A stretch of DNA of 64,000 nt from Intoshia linei (lineage: Eukaryota > Animalia > Orthonectida): assembly GCA_001642005.1 (NCBI GenBank), contig LWCA01000059.1:1238-65237 (forward strand). The letters run 5' to 3'. Below, in pieces: positions 13,407 to 26,800 of the stretch. The notes below the pieces were generated by a model that was not told the DNA's origin, did no database searches, and saw nothing but the letters and a program-made list of their open reading frames with translations. Position 1 is the first letter of the stretch, and each line of letters starts with the position of its first letter. The position numbers and the translations under genes are program-made.

Positions 13407-16400
13407 TCATTTTTTAGAAGGTTGAGGAATAGGTATAAAACTTCTTCGTTTAGTTTTATCTTGATTTTTTATGGACCTTCTTTGTATTATATTGTTCGAA
13501 TCCATAGGCCTATAACTAGATTTCTCAACAATTTTTTCATCCTTTTTTACTTTAAGTTTATTTGAAAAGGCATCTACAAATGAAGGTTTTCGATTGATTT
13601 TGATTGGTTCACACATTGCTTTTGTAAATATCTCTTTTTCAGTGGTAGGCTTGATTTTCATTGATGCAGAAGATTTTCTCTTGGAAAATAATGATGTAAA
13701 TGTAAACTTTTTCGGTGGAGCTACCAACGTTTCTTTGCTGAGGCTTTTTAATTTTAAATTTGTTTTAATTGGGTTTGATGGATTGGTAGGTGGTTTACTA
13801 ATTGTCATTGATATTGCTTTTGTTATGATTTTTGGCTTTGTGTGTGGAGAACGTAGTATATCATCGTTTGCGTTTTTCCTGGGTAGTGTGGATGTACTAT
13901 ATTCTGATTTATTAAATTTCATACTGGCACTTTTTGCAATTAAACTATTTCTTTTGCTTTTTACTGAAACAGGTAAATTTGAATTTGTAGATTTTCGCAT
14001 ACTGGATACACGTCGTACTATATTTTTTTCAATTGGTACAATTTCTTCAGGCTTTTCAAAAACTCTATTATCATCAACTATCTTATGTTTCCCATTTTCA
14101 GATCTACCGATGATGAGCACTTGTTTGGTTGTTTTCTTTTTATTCAAACTTGCGTCTTTTTTTAAAGTTTCTATTGCTTGAGTATCAATAATTTGTTCTG
14201 GTTCTTGAATTGATTTTTTATTTTTTTGTTTTCTAATAAAATAAATATATTAATTAATCTATAGTTCACAAAAAATTTTTAAAATGCGACCATAATATGG
14301 TATTCAAACTTTTTATATCCTAATTGCTTTCACTAACTTCTTACCAAACAAAAATCTGCATTTATTTTACTTATATATTTTTTAAATGTAAATCTTCAAA
14401 AATGTTACTATTTGCAAACTTTCAATTCACTCATCTGAGCCATTTTTTACACCCAAAATTTTAAATTTTCATGATAAATGTATTTACCGCTTTGCAAATT
14501 GAGCATTTCGTTTATTCGTTGTGTGACCATTATCACATCTGCAAGGATCGTGTCTATTTAAATAATCTTCAAAAGTTGCCCAGCCGCCTCCAATTCGAAC
14601 CATCAAATGATTTCTCAAGGACTTAATATTAATATGATGTAATTTTATTTTATTTTAATAAATTATATAAAATTTACTCTGACAAATATTGGCGTAGATT
14701 CATCTCCAATTAAATATCTGCCTTCACTTACTTCGTAAACTGGGAAAATACTTGGACATGTGCACTTACTAAGTGCACGACGAACCTAAAATTTACAGTT
14801 ACATTAATGTCACTTCTCTCAGACATAAAATATGAAACAGGAGTTTAGAACTAATGATCGAAACGGTGTATCTAGGATTATAAAAACTATTGCAATTCGT
14901 TGATAATGGCTATTTAAAGATTGTTGCTTTTTAATTGATGAAACCATCGATCGAAAAATTGGTTATTTTGACTCAGTATTTGAGTCAATTTTTTTTACAT
15001 CTATAAATATAAATGTTATTTTTATTAGATGAATAAAATTGAATCTGTATAAAGTTTAGGAACCCCTGTTTTAAAGGGTTGGTCATAGTTAAATATTTAT
15101 GTAAGAATAATTTTGATTATTTAAAAAACAGTTAATATTATTGTCACAATTGTAAAACATTAATTATTATCCAAACTTTCAGAGGGATTTTAATTTTTTT
15201 TTAAACCAAATTATCTTAAAATCCCCTGAAAATTTGGTTAATAAGTGATGTTATTACAAGTGAAAGAATATTTTATAATTGTGAAATGAAATATAACCCT
15301 ATAAAAAAGTCTACTGTCGTGAAGCGAAATGTTGATAGATAAGTTATGGACCACTAATATACCATTCTACAAAATTTACCAATTCATTTAAAGTCAAATC
15401 CTCCAATTTTAAAATTCTTCTAACTGGTTTTTTTTGTTTAGGTTTGGGTTTATCTTTCTTAACTTTAACATTTTTAACTTCTTCATTATTTGAAACTTGG
15501 CTAATTGTAGTATTTAAACTGGAATCGACGTATTCTTCAGGTTTCGGTGATTTCGGTAAATACAAATTATCTTGCGACAACGTTAACTGGCTTTTCACAG
15601 ATTCAATTTCTGAATTGTTCAATACAGTGTCTGTGTCAGTTTCTAGAGAATCCGATAGTCGCGACATTGGTTTCATGTCAGCTATATTGAAATTTTCAGT
15701 ATCTACCTTTTCGGCTTTTTCTTTTTCAATTTCCTGTTCTAATTCTATTATTTTCGGAGCTATCATTCCATATCTGATATAATTCTTTATATAATTATGC
15801 AATCAATGATAATTATCATTGAATACCACGTTGTTATGTCATACTTTTTACATAGGGTGTCATAAAAATAGATTTTTTTAAATATATGATGTACGTTGTA
15901 TATCACGGATCACCAAAATACCATCCCAATTATGATTTTATAGACTTTTCAAAAAATAAACCAGTTCTAGAAGGAAACCAATTTTATATAAAATCATGTT
16001 TTTATGATCCAAAAAATATTATTTTTTCAACTTAAATCAATAATTAGCATCAAGGGATAGAGAATTTTATATGTATTTTTTACTTTACAAAAATAGATTT
16101 CATCTGATGATTTATTTAAATTATAATTCTATGTTGATGGACTTGGACCCAAATTGTATACTTATTACCTAGCTCCAATTCTTCCCAACTCCAATAAGGT
16201 GACAATTACATTGTGTTCATTTTTCCGCATAACCAAATCTTCTGTTTCTTAGAAAAAAATATAAATTATACAATCAAACTACTTACCAAACATGACTGAA
16301 TTTGGCAACCCCAGATTTTTACACCAATTTAAGAATTTCGCAATATTGTCTCTCGCAAAAAACGATTTTGCTTGAACATTTTTACGGTACGTTATTTGTG

Positions 16401-16784
16401 AATTGGGTATTTTTATATCTACTTTATTTAGCATGCCTATAACCAAAGATTCATTTTGAATTAACCAATTTTTAATGTGAGTAGTCATTCTAAAATATTT
16501 TTACGACAACAATTGCATATTTACAGATTGGCGTGAATGCAGAGTAAACTCCCGTCCTCCAGGTTATTAAAAAAACTGATGGCATGGATTGAAACATTGT
16601 GAAGTTCGTTCAGCCATTCGGACAAGTCTTCTCTCATGGCCTAGCAAAGATTCTACCAATGAAAGATAAATTTACTAATTACTTCATGATAAGTCCCACG
16701 ATTTTGATATTTTTGTACCGAAATCAAATCCATTGACAATATGTCGCCAGAAGATTTCGTCAAGCTATTGGAACGTCTAAGCAT
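13407..16784 (-). CDS. GAS2-family actin-microtubule crosslinker (CH + GAR domains, basic Ser/Lys tail)
   Basis: [10 protein letters not shown]...[26 protein letters not shown]...FETEDLV (CH); [18 protein letters not shown]...[28 protein letters not shown] (GAR); tail ends ...[11 protein letters not shown] (SxIP-like). Confidence 0.9.
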
Positions 16785-17815
16785 TATTCATTTCACTAAA
16801 TTCTCCAGTGTAAGTAAAATCAATACAGTGATTACTTCTTCACAAGTTTTATTTCAGTTTGTCAATATTTGAGAATAGTATATAATACCATTAGTTATTA
16901 TGTAGAATCTACATTGAGATAATATCAAACATTCATTTTTTTAGACCTGTAGTTGTTATTTTGCGTTTATTTGAACGATATTATTAAGTGTATAGCTTTA
17001 CTTATCAAATAAATGACACTAGTATTCAGTTATGCGTAAAATTCTTTTTTTAAATTTTTAAAAGACAAAAACATATTTTGTAAATACATTAATTTTGGTT
17101 CCGTATTTCGTCACAAATATTGCCAATCTTTATATTTCACCACATTTATTTTGTCATGAACTCAATTATACATTAGTATTATTATATATGTTAAATTTAG
17201 CGGATAAATATACAGTTTATATTTATCACTGTTTGTTGTATATTATACACATATCCAGAATATAGAATATCATAATGAGGTGACCTTGTTATTGAACGGT
17301 TTGAAATGTGTTGAACAAATAGCTACAAATATGTATTTCCTTTTTTGGGCAAAGACGAACAAATCATATGTATTAAAGTTGTTCCCATGGTTGAATTGTT
17401 GTGTCCTTTACATTGTAGTAAAGTAGAGGTAGAATCCTTAAGTGTCCTTGTAATCCTTGTAAGTGTATATCACTATAGCATAGTGATTATGCACTAGTCA
17501 TGAATCATGACTCATGATTTTTGATATATCTCACTTGTGATGTATAACTGTCACTGTGGTTATAATCATATATAATTGCATAGTATACAATAGTTCGAAT
17601 CCGATTTGGACATATTTTTATTTAAGATAAACTTATCTGAGTTCGCTCTGCCAATCGTTACAGTAAGATTAGAAAATATTATAAGTGTCAAAAATTTATA
17701 TCGTAACGAATCGGTTGCAAAGGGAAAAGGTTGAAACCCACTGTTATAGTTAGTTTATTTATGTTACTAATAAAGTTTGAAAGATAACAATATAAGTTTA
17801 TTTGTATTATTGTAT

Positions 17816-19126
17816 ATGTTGCAATTTTTCTATTTGCAAGCAAAAGTCTCGATTCCTTGTTGTTTTATGAGTAAAACAAGTAAACTAGCTAAATATCTTC
17901 CTGAAATCATCAAAAAAGACGTTGTAGAAGATTGGGTAAAAGGATGGGGACCTGGTGGTCAAAGTGTTAATACTTCTAGTAACTGTCTTGTTCTTAAACA
18001 TTTACCTACTGGAATAGTGATTAAGGTATTTACACATATTCATAAAATAATAGATATTTTTATTAATGAGACAAAAAATTTTTTAAAATATGTAGGACTG
18101 AATTGATTGAAAACGGTATAAAAAAGATTGATAATATCCAAGGGTATTACCAGCATAATTAAAAAATTAGTTTATTTTTGTAAATTACATCATTATCTAA
18201 AAAATCCAAAGTTTAATAATATTCTTCATAATTATTGATACACGCATGTACTTTAGGGTGTCACTGTTGATACTTTTTTGATTTTAAACATTTATCTAAA
18301 AAATCGGTTAATATTTACTCTCTCCTAAATACAAATATTAAAAGTAATTCAGAAGTGTTTAGATAAATTAAAAATATATCTTAATTCAATTTATTTGCAG
18401 AATTTTTGTAATTTTTATGGCTGTATTGTCTTTGATGGGTTTACCATATTTTATATTGCATTTTGTTTTTTAAATTTATTTTGGTTTTTAAGCATGTTTG
18501 GATTATTATATAATTAACCCAAACAGCTGGAGAAAACTCAAAATAAATTTCTTTACGCAAATTCTCATCATAAAATTTTCTATAAAATTGGAGCTGTTAT
18601 GATGTTTAGCTATTATGAACGTTTATCTGATAGACTTAGACCAAGGGTGCACTGAACAACTTTTCTACCATTTCAGCCGCAAAGCTACTTTATTGATTGA
18701 TACTACGGCCGCACAAAATTTACTTTAATACTGAGAAAGTTTTAATCCATTTTGAGAATGTGGCCGAAGTCAAAAATGTAAAATTCGTTGTTGTTTTGTT
18801 TAAAAATTATATCCAAACTTACTACTCGATTAATTGTTATTATATAAAAAAAGGTTCATCCACACCTACGTTTTATTATATATTTTAAAACTACTTGTCT
18901 ATAAAAGCTAATTTAGTGTCATGAAACAAAAAGCATCGAAACTAATCGAAAAAGGGCATACGAAAGACTACAGGTAAAATTAGATCAATTCAAAAATGGT
19001 GAAAATAGCGTCGTCGTTCAGTTAGAAAATAAACTCAGAGAAAAACAGAAAAGAAATAACATAAGTAAAAATAAACACAGAGAAACTGCTAAACACTGGA
19101 AGGAATATATAAAGAATATCAATTAG
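17816..19126 (+). CDS. MTRFR: Mitochondrial translation release factor in rescue (C12orf65), 2 exons 17816-18025 and 18917-19126
   Basis: WVKGWGPGGQSVNTSSNCLVLKHLPTGIVIK|CHETKSIETNRKRAYERLQVKLD: RF-1 GGQ domain plus basic C-terminal helix. Confidence 0.88.
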
Positions 19127-19167
19127 AACATATCTTCATTTGTATATATTATCGTCTACAAATTTAA

Positions 19168-19725
19168 ATGCGACCTCTTACGACAGAAGAATCTAAAGCA
19201 GTATTCAAGAAACTAGCAAAGTATATTGGTCCAAGGTGTAAAGAATTGATTGATAAATGTAGTGGCATCAATGGAACTACCGAATATTGTTTTAGGTATC
19301 ACCGCCAACGAATTTTTTATTCTTCTGCAATGTTAGCTAAGCGTGCTAGTAGTATAAAAGCAGATAATTTACTTAGTTTTGGAATATGTATAGGAAAATT
19401 CACAAAAACCCACCAATTTATATTAAAAATTACTTCACTGCATGTCATCGCACCACTATTTACAAATAGAATGTGGCTCAAACCAGCAGCAGAGCAACGA
19501 TTTTTGTATGGACGAAATATAGAAAAAACAGGTCTTGCTCGTATGACTGATACAACACAAAAATATGATGGTATATTAATGGTTTCGATGAACGAAGTTC
19601 CTCTAGGATTCGGATTAGCAGCCAAATCATCTACAGAATGCAGAAACACTGACCCTGGAACATGTATTGCGTTTCATCAAGCTGATGTTGGCGAGTTTAT
19701 TAGAAACGAAGACACATTGCTGTAA
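19168..19725 (+). CDS. NIP7: 60S ribosome biogenesis protein NIP7, single exon
   Basis: MRPLTTEE..VFKKLAKYIG, GKFTKT, EQRFLYG, FHQADVGEFIRNEDTL. Confidence 0.96.
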   Translation: MRPLTTEESKAVFKKLAKYIGPRCKELIDKCSGINGTTEYCFRYHRQRIFYSSAMLAKRASSIKADNLLSFGICIGKFTKTHQFILKITSLHVIAPLFTNRMWLKPAAEQRFLYGRNIEKTGLARMTDTTQKYDGILMVSMNEVPLGFGLAAKSSTECRNTDPGTCIAFHQADVGEFIRNEDTLL

Positions 19726-19731
19726 TATTTA

Positions 19732-22700
19732 TTATATTAAAGTCAAACATTTTTCACATTTCTTTATTAAAATATCTTTTATCGTTTCTTCTCGTTTGTT
19801 TTTTAAATCTAAATTCAATTTTTCTCTGTAATTTCCTAAAATATATTTCACTCCTTCACATGAATGTATTTCTGCTGCCTGTATTAACAACTATGAAAAA
19901 AGTATATGTGATAGTTACTATATGCAAAGGTGTATTATCTAAAAAATCTGTAGAATTGATGTCTGCGCCAGCCAGTATATAACAACTCACTTTTTCGTAG
20001 TGACCTAATGCCATTCCTCTAAATTTTTTTTAAAAATATATTACGATAATGATATAGATATAGTACTCAAATTTAAAAATGTCGAATTTTTTATCAATTT
20101 GTTTTCATACAAAAATGGTCATTGTAGTATTTCATAACTTTTTAGAGGTATCAGTGATTGACAAACTACACCAGGTGCACACAAAAATTTAATAGAGTTT
20201 TGAAACTAATTGATTAAAATTCTCAATGAATGCTGTTTTCATCACGTTATGCTAGAAAGCATGTATATTATCGATAATTACTGGCATATTTTGTATCCAA
20301 CTTGATGTGGGCAGTTAAGGTGAGCTCCAGTTGCAATGAGAAGTTTTATAATTTCTGGGTAAATAAATTGTACTGCATTATCCAATGGTGTATATCCAAA
20401 TCTATCTTTCACATGAACAGTGGCTCCTTTTGATAGTAAAAACCTAGTAATGCTCACATTTCCTTCGGAAGCAGCTATGTGTAGAGCAGTTCTACCATCG
20501 TAGTCACTGCTATTAATTACACCTCCCTATATTTAATTAATAAATATTAAAATGATTTATACGGGTTGTAATATAGTATTCAATGCACAAATATCATTAT
20601 TTCTGGTGGCAAAACATACTAAATAAGGCATTATTACGTCACACAATTCATTAGACGCCTATTTTTAAGTAAATTATATTAAATTATAATTATACAGATC
20701 TTGTTTTGAAATTCATGGCTAAGGATATTTGTTGAATAAGGGAACTGTTGTATAGTGCATTGTCTTTAGTAGATTTTATGCATTTCATTTCTCCTCTCAT
20801 ATTCGTTGCCATTAATTTACATTTATCTGAATAGCTTAGATATTTTCCTAACACATAACTTAGTTTTGCCAAAGTAGCTTCAACTGTCATGTCACTACCA
20901 GAAACAACTCCGATATCCTTAAAAATCTATATTCTAAATAGACATTTAACACATCAAATATATACCTTTCCAGTTGCATATGATGTAGAAACTGAACCTT
21001 TGGCACATTGACTTAAATTAACAATTAAGACGCCTCTGCTTATAGCCTTCTTTAAAATTGCAATAAATGTAACGTTTGTATAAGGTCCATTTCCTGACCC
21101 GTACGATTGTATTACGAACCCTTGAATAGGAGGTTGACAAAATGTTTCTATCTATGAATTTATTTGTGTAAATAAATAATTACTATTTGATTTGGTATTC
21201 CAGGGTTAAGTCTAATTACTCCCACGTTTTCGGACATTTTACAAAAAATATCAAACGGTTCAGACACTCTAGCCATCAATATTTGATTCCAGTTTACTAA
21301 ATTTATAGTATAAATAAAAAAAAATTTAAACCATTTATATTGATTCCTAAGGTGACCAAAGGGGCTTCGTTGTGAGAATCAAAAGCATTAAACTCTGACG
21401 TGTCATGTTTTGTAGTTCTGTTGCCTCTGAAAATTTTATTGCTGAATGCGATAAGTACCTATGTTATAAGATAAATTTTTCGTATAACTTACTTCAGGGA
21501 TGTTATAATATCCGGCAATAACAAGGGCATCTATAAAATTGTCGCGGCCGTCACTGCGAAGTTCGAAAATTGGTACCTAAATATCTGTATTTGAGAATTT
21601 TAGATAACCATACTTGAGAACCTGTTAAAATGACTGGTTTTCCTAAATTTTCCAACATAAATGATAGCGCTGAAGCTGTATAAGACATGGTATCTGTTCC
21701 GTGTAGTATGACAAATCCATCAAACTTTTTATAGTATTTCTACAAAATCAATATTTATTTTTGTAAATAAATACTTTTATGTCATTTGCCAGCTGTACCC
21801 AATTGGAAATAGCCAAGCTAGCCGAGTCCATCAATGGGTAATATTCTATTACATCGTAGAGTATTTTAAAATTATCCTTTATACCCCTAAATAGAAATTT
21901 TATTGGCACATTAGTGAAATACGGAAGTATAAGAGGTGTTTGGTCCAATTTTGGAAAATTGTCGTTAATATACTCGATATCGTTGAATAGAGTTGAATTA
22001 GTTAGTTCTTTTTTCAAAATATTAGGACATGGTACATATACTAAAATAGTATTAAATATTAAATTAAAGTATCTCGTATTATTATTAATTAAAACTAAAC
22101 TATGCATTCAACGAATTATGATTTAAATTTTAAATGATAAACCAGCGGTTCCAAAATGCCGCTGGGTGGAAAATTATAAATATAATATTGTAATGTTTAG
22201 ATTTTTTAATTTAGATTAGATATCATTGTATTTGTTATAATTTTCCCAAGTAATTTCGTTTTAGTGGTCCGCGTAGAAGAAACTGTGATAAACCATTGTA
22301 TGCGTCAAGTAAGACATTGGATTAATTTACTAACAAAGTGAAATTACTTATATTAGAGACTCATATTAAGTTTATTTTTCAATTACATTTTAAATGTTTA
22401 TTATTGTCAAACCTTTATTATGTTTCTGGTACTGAAGTGTATATATAACCCGCCTTCGAATATATGCAGTCTACTATTATTTTTATGAAAAGAATTAGAA
22501 ATAAAGCTAGCAGTAAAGAAAATGTTGATTCTTCATTAATTTACAAACCATAAAATGGAACTACGATATTTATTTATTTAGAAATCTAAGTATTTTTGTT
22601 AATTAATTTTAGTTCACCTATAACTGAGTTTTTCAAAGTGGGAATCGTTTAAATTATTATAAAAAATATATTTAAATTAAATCTAAATTAAGAATAAAAA

Positions 22701-23144
22701 TACATTTTGTTATTTTCAAAAAAATATCCAACTACATGTACTGAGTACATTGTATTCATAATATTGTCAATAAGGATTCCTCATCATTACTAATATATTA
22801 TTTCAACTGCATTTGATGTTGGAGTGTAATTTTAATAAATAATTTGTAGGTCTATAAAAATTATTTTGTTTATTTTGTATAAAAACGATCCTAGTACAAA
22901 GGATCTTAGGTCTTAGGATTTATGATCTTAGGTCATTATTAAATCTAAACATGTATATACCAAACTATAATTATAGATAATAACGATACTTATTAAAAAT
23001 ATTACCGCTGTTTTTTGTTTTCATTCCAATTGTACCGCCAGTATATATGACCAATATTGATTTAAAACACTCTTTAACGTTTAATAGTGAAAGTAATTTA
23101 TGAATATCGGTTATGCCATTGTTGGTATGCATTTTTGTTTTCAT
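19732..23144 (-). CDS. ASPG: L-asparaginase / 60-kDa lysophospholipase with C-terminal ankyrin repeats, copy 1
   Basis: [62 protein letters not shown]; all introns GT-AG and frame-consistent. Confidence 0.93.
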
Positions 23145-23199
23145 AATAGAATCAAATATTCACAAAAAATTTGATTTCATGTTCTAAAATTTTAACACA

Positions 23200-23256
23200 A
23201 AATGTTGAATTTATTTTAAATAAACACATACATTGTAGATATACAAATATTTTCCT
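23200..23256 (-). pseudogene. Degenerate copy of SPOUT1 last exon upstream of ASPG copy 1
   Basis: AAATGTTGAATTTATTTTAAATAAACACAT...GATATACAAATATTTTCCT aligns with 28203-28253 AAACGTTGAACTTATTTCTCAATAGACACATGGATATCCAAATTGCTTCCT. Confidence 0.6.
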
Positions 23257-23872
23257 TATGCAAATAAAATTTTTCAGTGACAATGACGTATTTATTATAC
23301 GAAAACTTAAAGGGATTTCAATTTACTTGTTCTGTAAATCAGGGATACCAACGACGCGATCGGGATGGGTTGGTCGATCGCCATAATTTAATTACTCTTT
23401 TAATGTTATTGCTTTTGAGTAGAAATAATTTTTGTGATACGAATTGATAAAAGTTGACACTTTTAATTATCATGTATTGTACAATGTACATAACGGGGTT
23501 AAAATTTAGCCGTTAAATCATCATCAGGAAAAGTATACAACTCAAAAATGACACCAGTAATTTGAATATTCCTGACATATTTTATACATCAAAAAATTAC
23601 TGTTAACTGGTTTTTTGAAAGGTTAAATTTCACCCTAGAATAAATTTTATTTTTTCATTTTGAAGGAAAAGTGGTTTTGCGCATTCGTCGTATATTTAAA
23701 CCAGTGACGATTCGAATCATCACTTATGAATTAATTGCATCTTTCGTCGATTTTTGCGGTCAAATGATCTACGTATAACAAATGTTGTTCCTAGAATATA
23801 TTGATTTGCATCAAACTTATACAAATTGTATAAGAAACTTTTGAAAAAACAAAAGAAATGTTTATGTGATTT

Positions 23873-26800
23873 TTATTGTAATAAAAGTAAACATTTTTTA
23901 CACTGATTAACAAGAATATTTTTTATTGTTTCATTTCGCTTGTTCTTTAGATTCAAATTTAATTTTCCCTTATAATGTTCAATTATATATTTTACTCCTT
24001 CGCATGCATGCATTTCTGCGGCCTATATAAAATATAATATTAAATTTATTATTACTTATAAAAAGATTCATTAAATGTGATGAATAATTACTGTATGTAA
24101 TGGTGTATTATCCATGTAATCTGTAGAATTGATGTCGGCGCCAGCTGTTACATAGCAATTAACTTTTTCGTAATGGCCTAATGATATTGCTCTAAAATTT
24201 TAAATATAATCCCTATATGTTCGGTCTATTTTTACCTTGTATTCGTATCTAATTTGAAAAGTATAATATTTAGCAAAAAAATACAAATATTTTCACTTAG
24301 CATATATAATATATGTATTAGGAGTGTGAACGAATTTTTATATCAAAAGTGCACCCTTCCACCATATGAACATTTTGAAAATATTCAATTTGCACCCAAT
24401 CTTACCTCTCAACTGTTAAAAAAAACCCTGGGGCATCGCCTCTAAAGTTTTGAACAATATATGACAATTTTCTTAAAAATATTATTTTAAATATAAAATT
24501 TTTTATACAAATAGCTATAAAGATGCCCAAAATTATCGTCTAAAAAATCATGAACGCCGAATTAATAAAAAAACCGATATTAATAAGAACTGAATAAATA
24601 TAAATTGAAAATTAATTGTTATGGAAATAATTATTACTATGAAATTTACTATACAAAAAAAATTAAATTTTGATTACTATTCATATTTTGAAGTGCTTTG
24701 CCCTAGGGTTTTTTTAATCTTTTTTATATAATTTATTGATAATTGTGTATCATTCAACCCCATCTTCCACGTATGGGGTGGCACTTTTGTATTTTCGCAA
24801 AAAAGTGAAAAAATTCACACCCCTAATATGTATGCTGTATTATATATAATACATACAGCAGCCATGTAAAACTTGCGGTCCACATCGACTTTGTATATGT
24901 ATATATACTATATTATTATTAAATATTCCAAAATTAATTGTGTATCATTATCAGACCTAAACTACGAGAAAATCACATTGACGAGATCAACGATATAATT
25001 AAAATTATGATAATTATCTCTTACTTCAAAATTAGTAAAAATACGTGCAAGTCATATCAAATTAAATTCTAGTTTTATCATTCTAATGTTAATTTAATAA
25101 AATCAATGGATACAAAAAAATAAATAATTAAATCATTGAGTATTACACACTGATCTCGATTCATATTATAATGACTTTCAAAGGTAATACTAGAAAAAAT
25201 TTTTAAAAAAATGGCCCGCTTCGTATTTCAGTTTGACATGGCTGACATACAGTGTAAGTGTATGTTATACACGTAGAAATATTAATCTATTAAGTATAAT
25301 ATCAGTGGTTCTTATATTAGTTTCAGTTATTGAACAGGGAAATGTAAATTACAGTATAGATATCAAAACTTTTAGATGCTTCACAAAAACACTATTAGCC
25401 CTAGAAATTGAATTTAAACATTATTTTCCTTTTCTTAATTAAATGAAATTTTATTAAACTTATATTTTTTTGAGTTGACGATATAGATATTAAAAAAACT
25501 ATTTTGATGATGAATGTTCGTTAGAATCAATAAGCTTTTATACAAAAATATATAAAGATTTTACTCCCGTGCAACGTGTAATACACAGTGTGTATATAAC
25601 TGGTTTTCTACCTCTTAGATATAAAAATATAGTAAATTACACATATTTAAAATCATAAAATTAACTCTACTAACTAAATTAGTGGAAAAGCTGAGAACCA
25701 CTGTTTAAAAACGTACTACTAAATTACTGGCAAATATTATATCCAACAAGATGCGGATTATTAAGGTAAGCCCCAGTTTTGATTAGAAGTTTTATAATTT
25801 CGAGATGAATAAATTGTACAGCATTATCCAGTGGTGTAAAACCAAATCTATCCTTCGCGTGAACAATGGCTCCCTTTGCCAACAAAAACCTAGTTATGCC
25901 AACATTTCCTTCAGAAGCTGAAATGTGTAAAGCCGTTCTTCCGTCATAGTCACTGCAATTAATTACACCGTCCTACATTTTATGAATACATTATATTGTA
26001 AGAATACATGTTGCAATATATTATTCAAAGCCGAAATATCATTGTTTCGAGTGGCAGAACAAACTAGATAAGGCATTATTGCATCACATAATTCATTAGA
26101 TGCCTGTTTATAAATAAATTTTGATTGGTAATATATAATTTTACAGCTCTTGTTTTTAAATTCATAGCTTCAGATATCTGTTCAATGAGGGAATTGTCGT
26201 ATAATGCACCATCTGTGGTCGTTTTTATGCATCTCATTTCTCCTCTCAAGTTTGATTCCATTAATTTACATTTATCAGAGTAACTTGCATTTTTACCTAA
26301 TACATAGCTCAACTTTGCCAATGTTGTTTCTACCGTCATATCACTACCAGAAACAACGCCAATATCATGAAATATCTGTTGTACCGTTGAAAATTTTTAT
26401 ATAAAATATACCTTTCCCGTTTCATATGCTGAGGAAACTGAACCTTTTGCACATTGACTTATATTAACAATTAAAACGCCTCTATTAATAGCTTTCTTTA
26501 ATATATCAATAAATTTAACATTTTCATAAGGACCATTTCCTGATCCATACGATTGTATTACGAATCCTTGAATAGGAGGTTGACAAAATGTTTCAATCTA
26601 TTCAGTTGGTCATGTAAATATATGATTACTATTTGATCGGGTATTCCAGGGTTAAGTCTAATTACACCCACATTTTCGGACATTTTGCAAAAAATATCGA
26701 AAGGTTCAGACACACCCGCAATTAATACTTGATTCCAGTTAACTAAATTTATATTAGAAATAAAAAATTATTAACCATTTATATTAATTCCGAAAGTGAC

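Noticed and set aside
13594-14181. 195-aa hydrophobic + strand ORF (also 15444-15782, 9552-9956, 19317-19649)
   Set aside because: Antisense shadows of real exons (GAS2-family, PP2A-A, NIP7).
16520-16560. Apparent frameshift in the GAS2 CH domain
   Set aside because: Re-reading gives an open frame ([12 protein letters not shown]).
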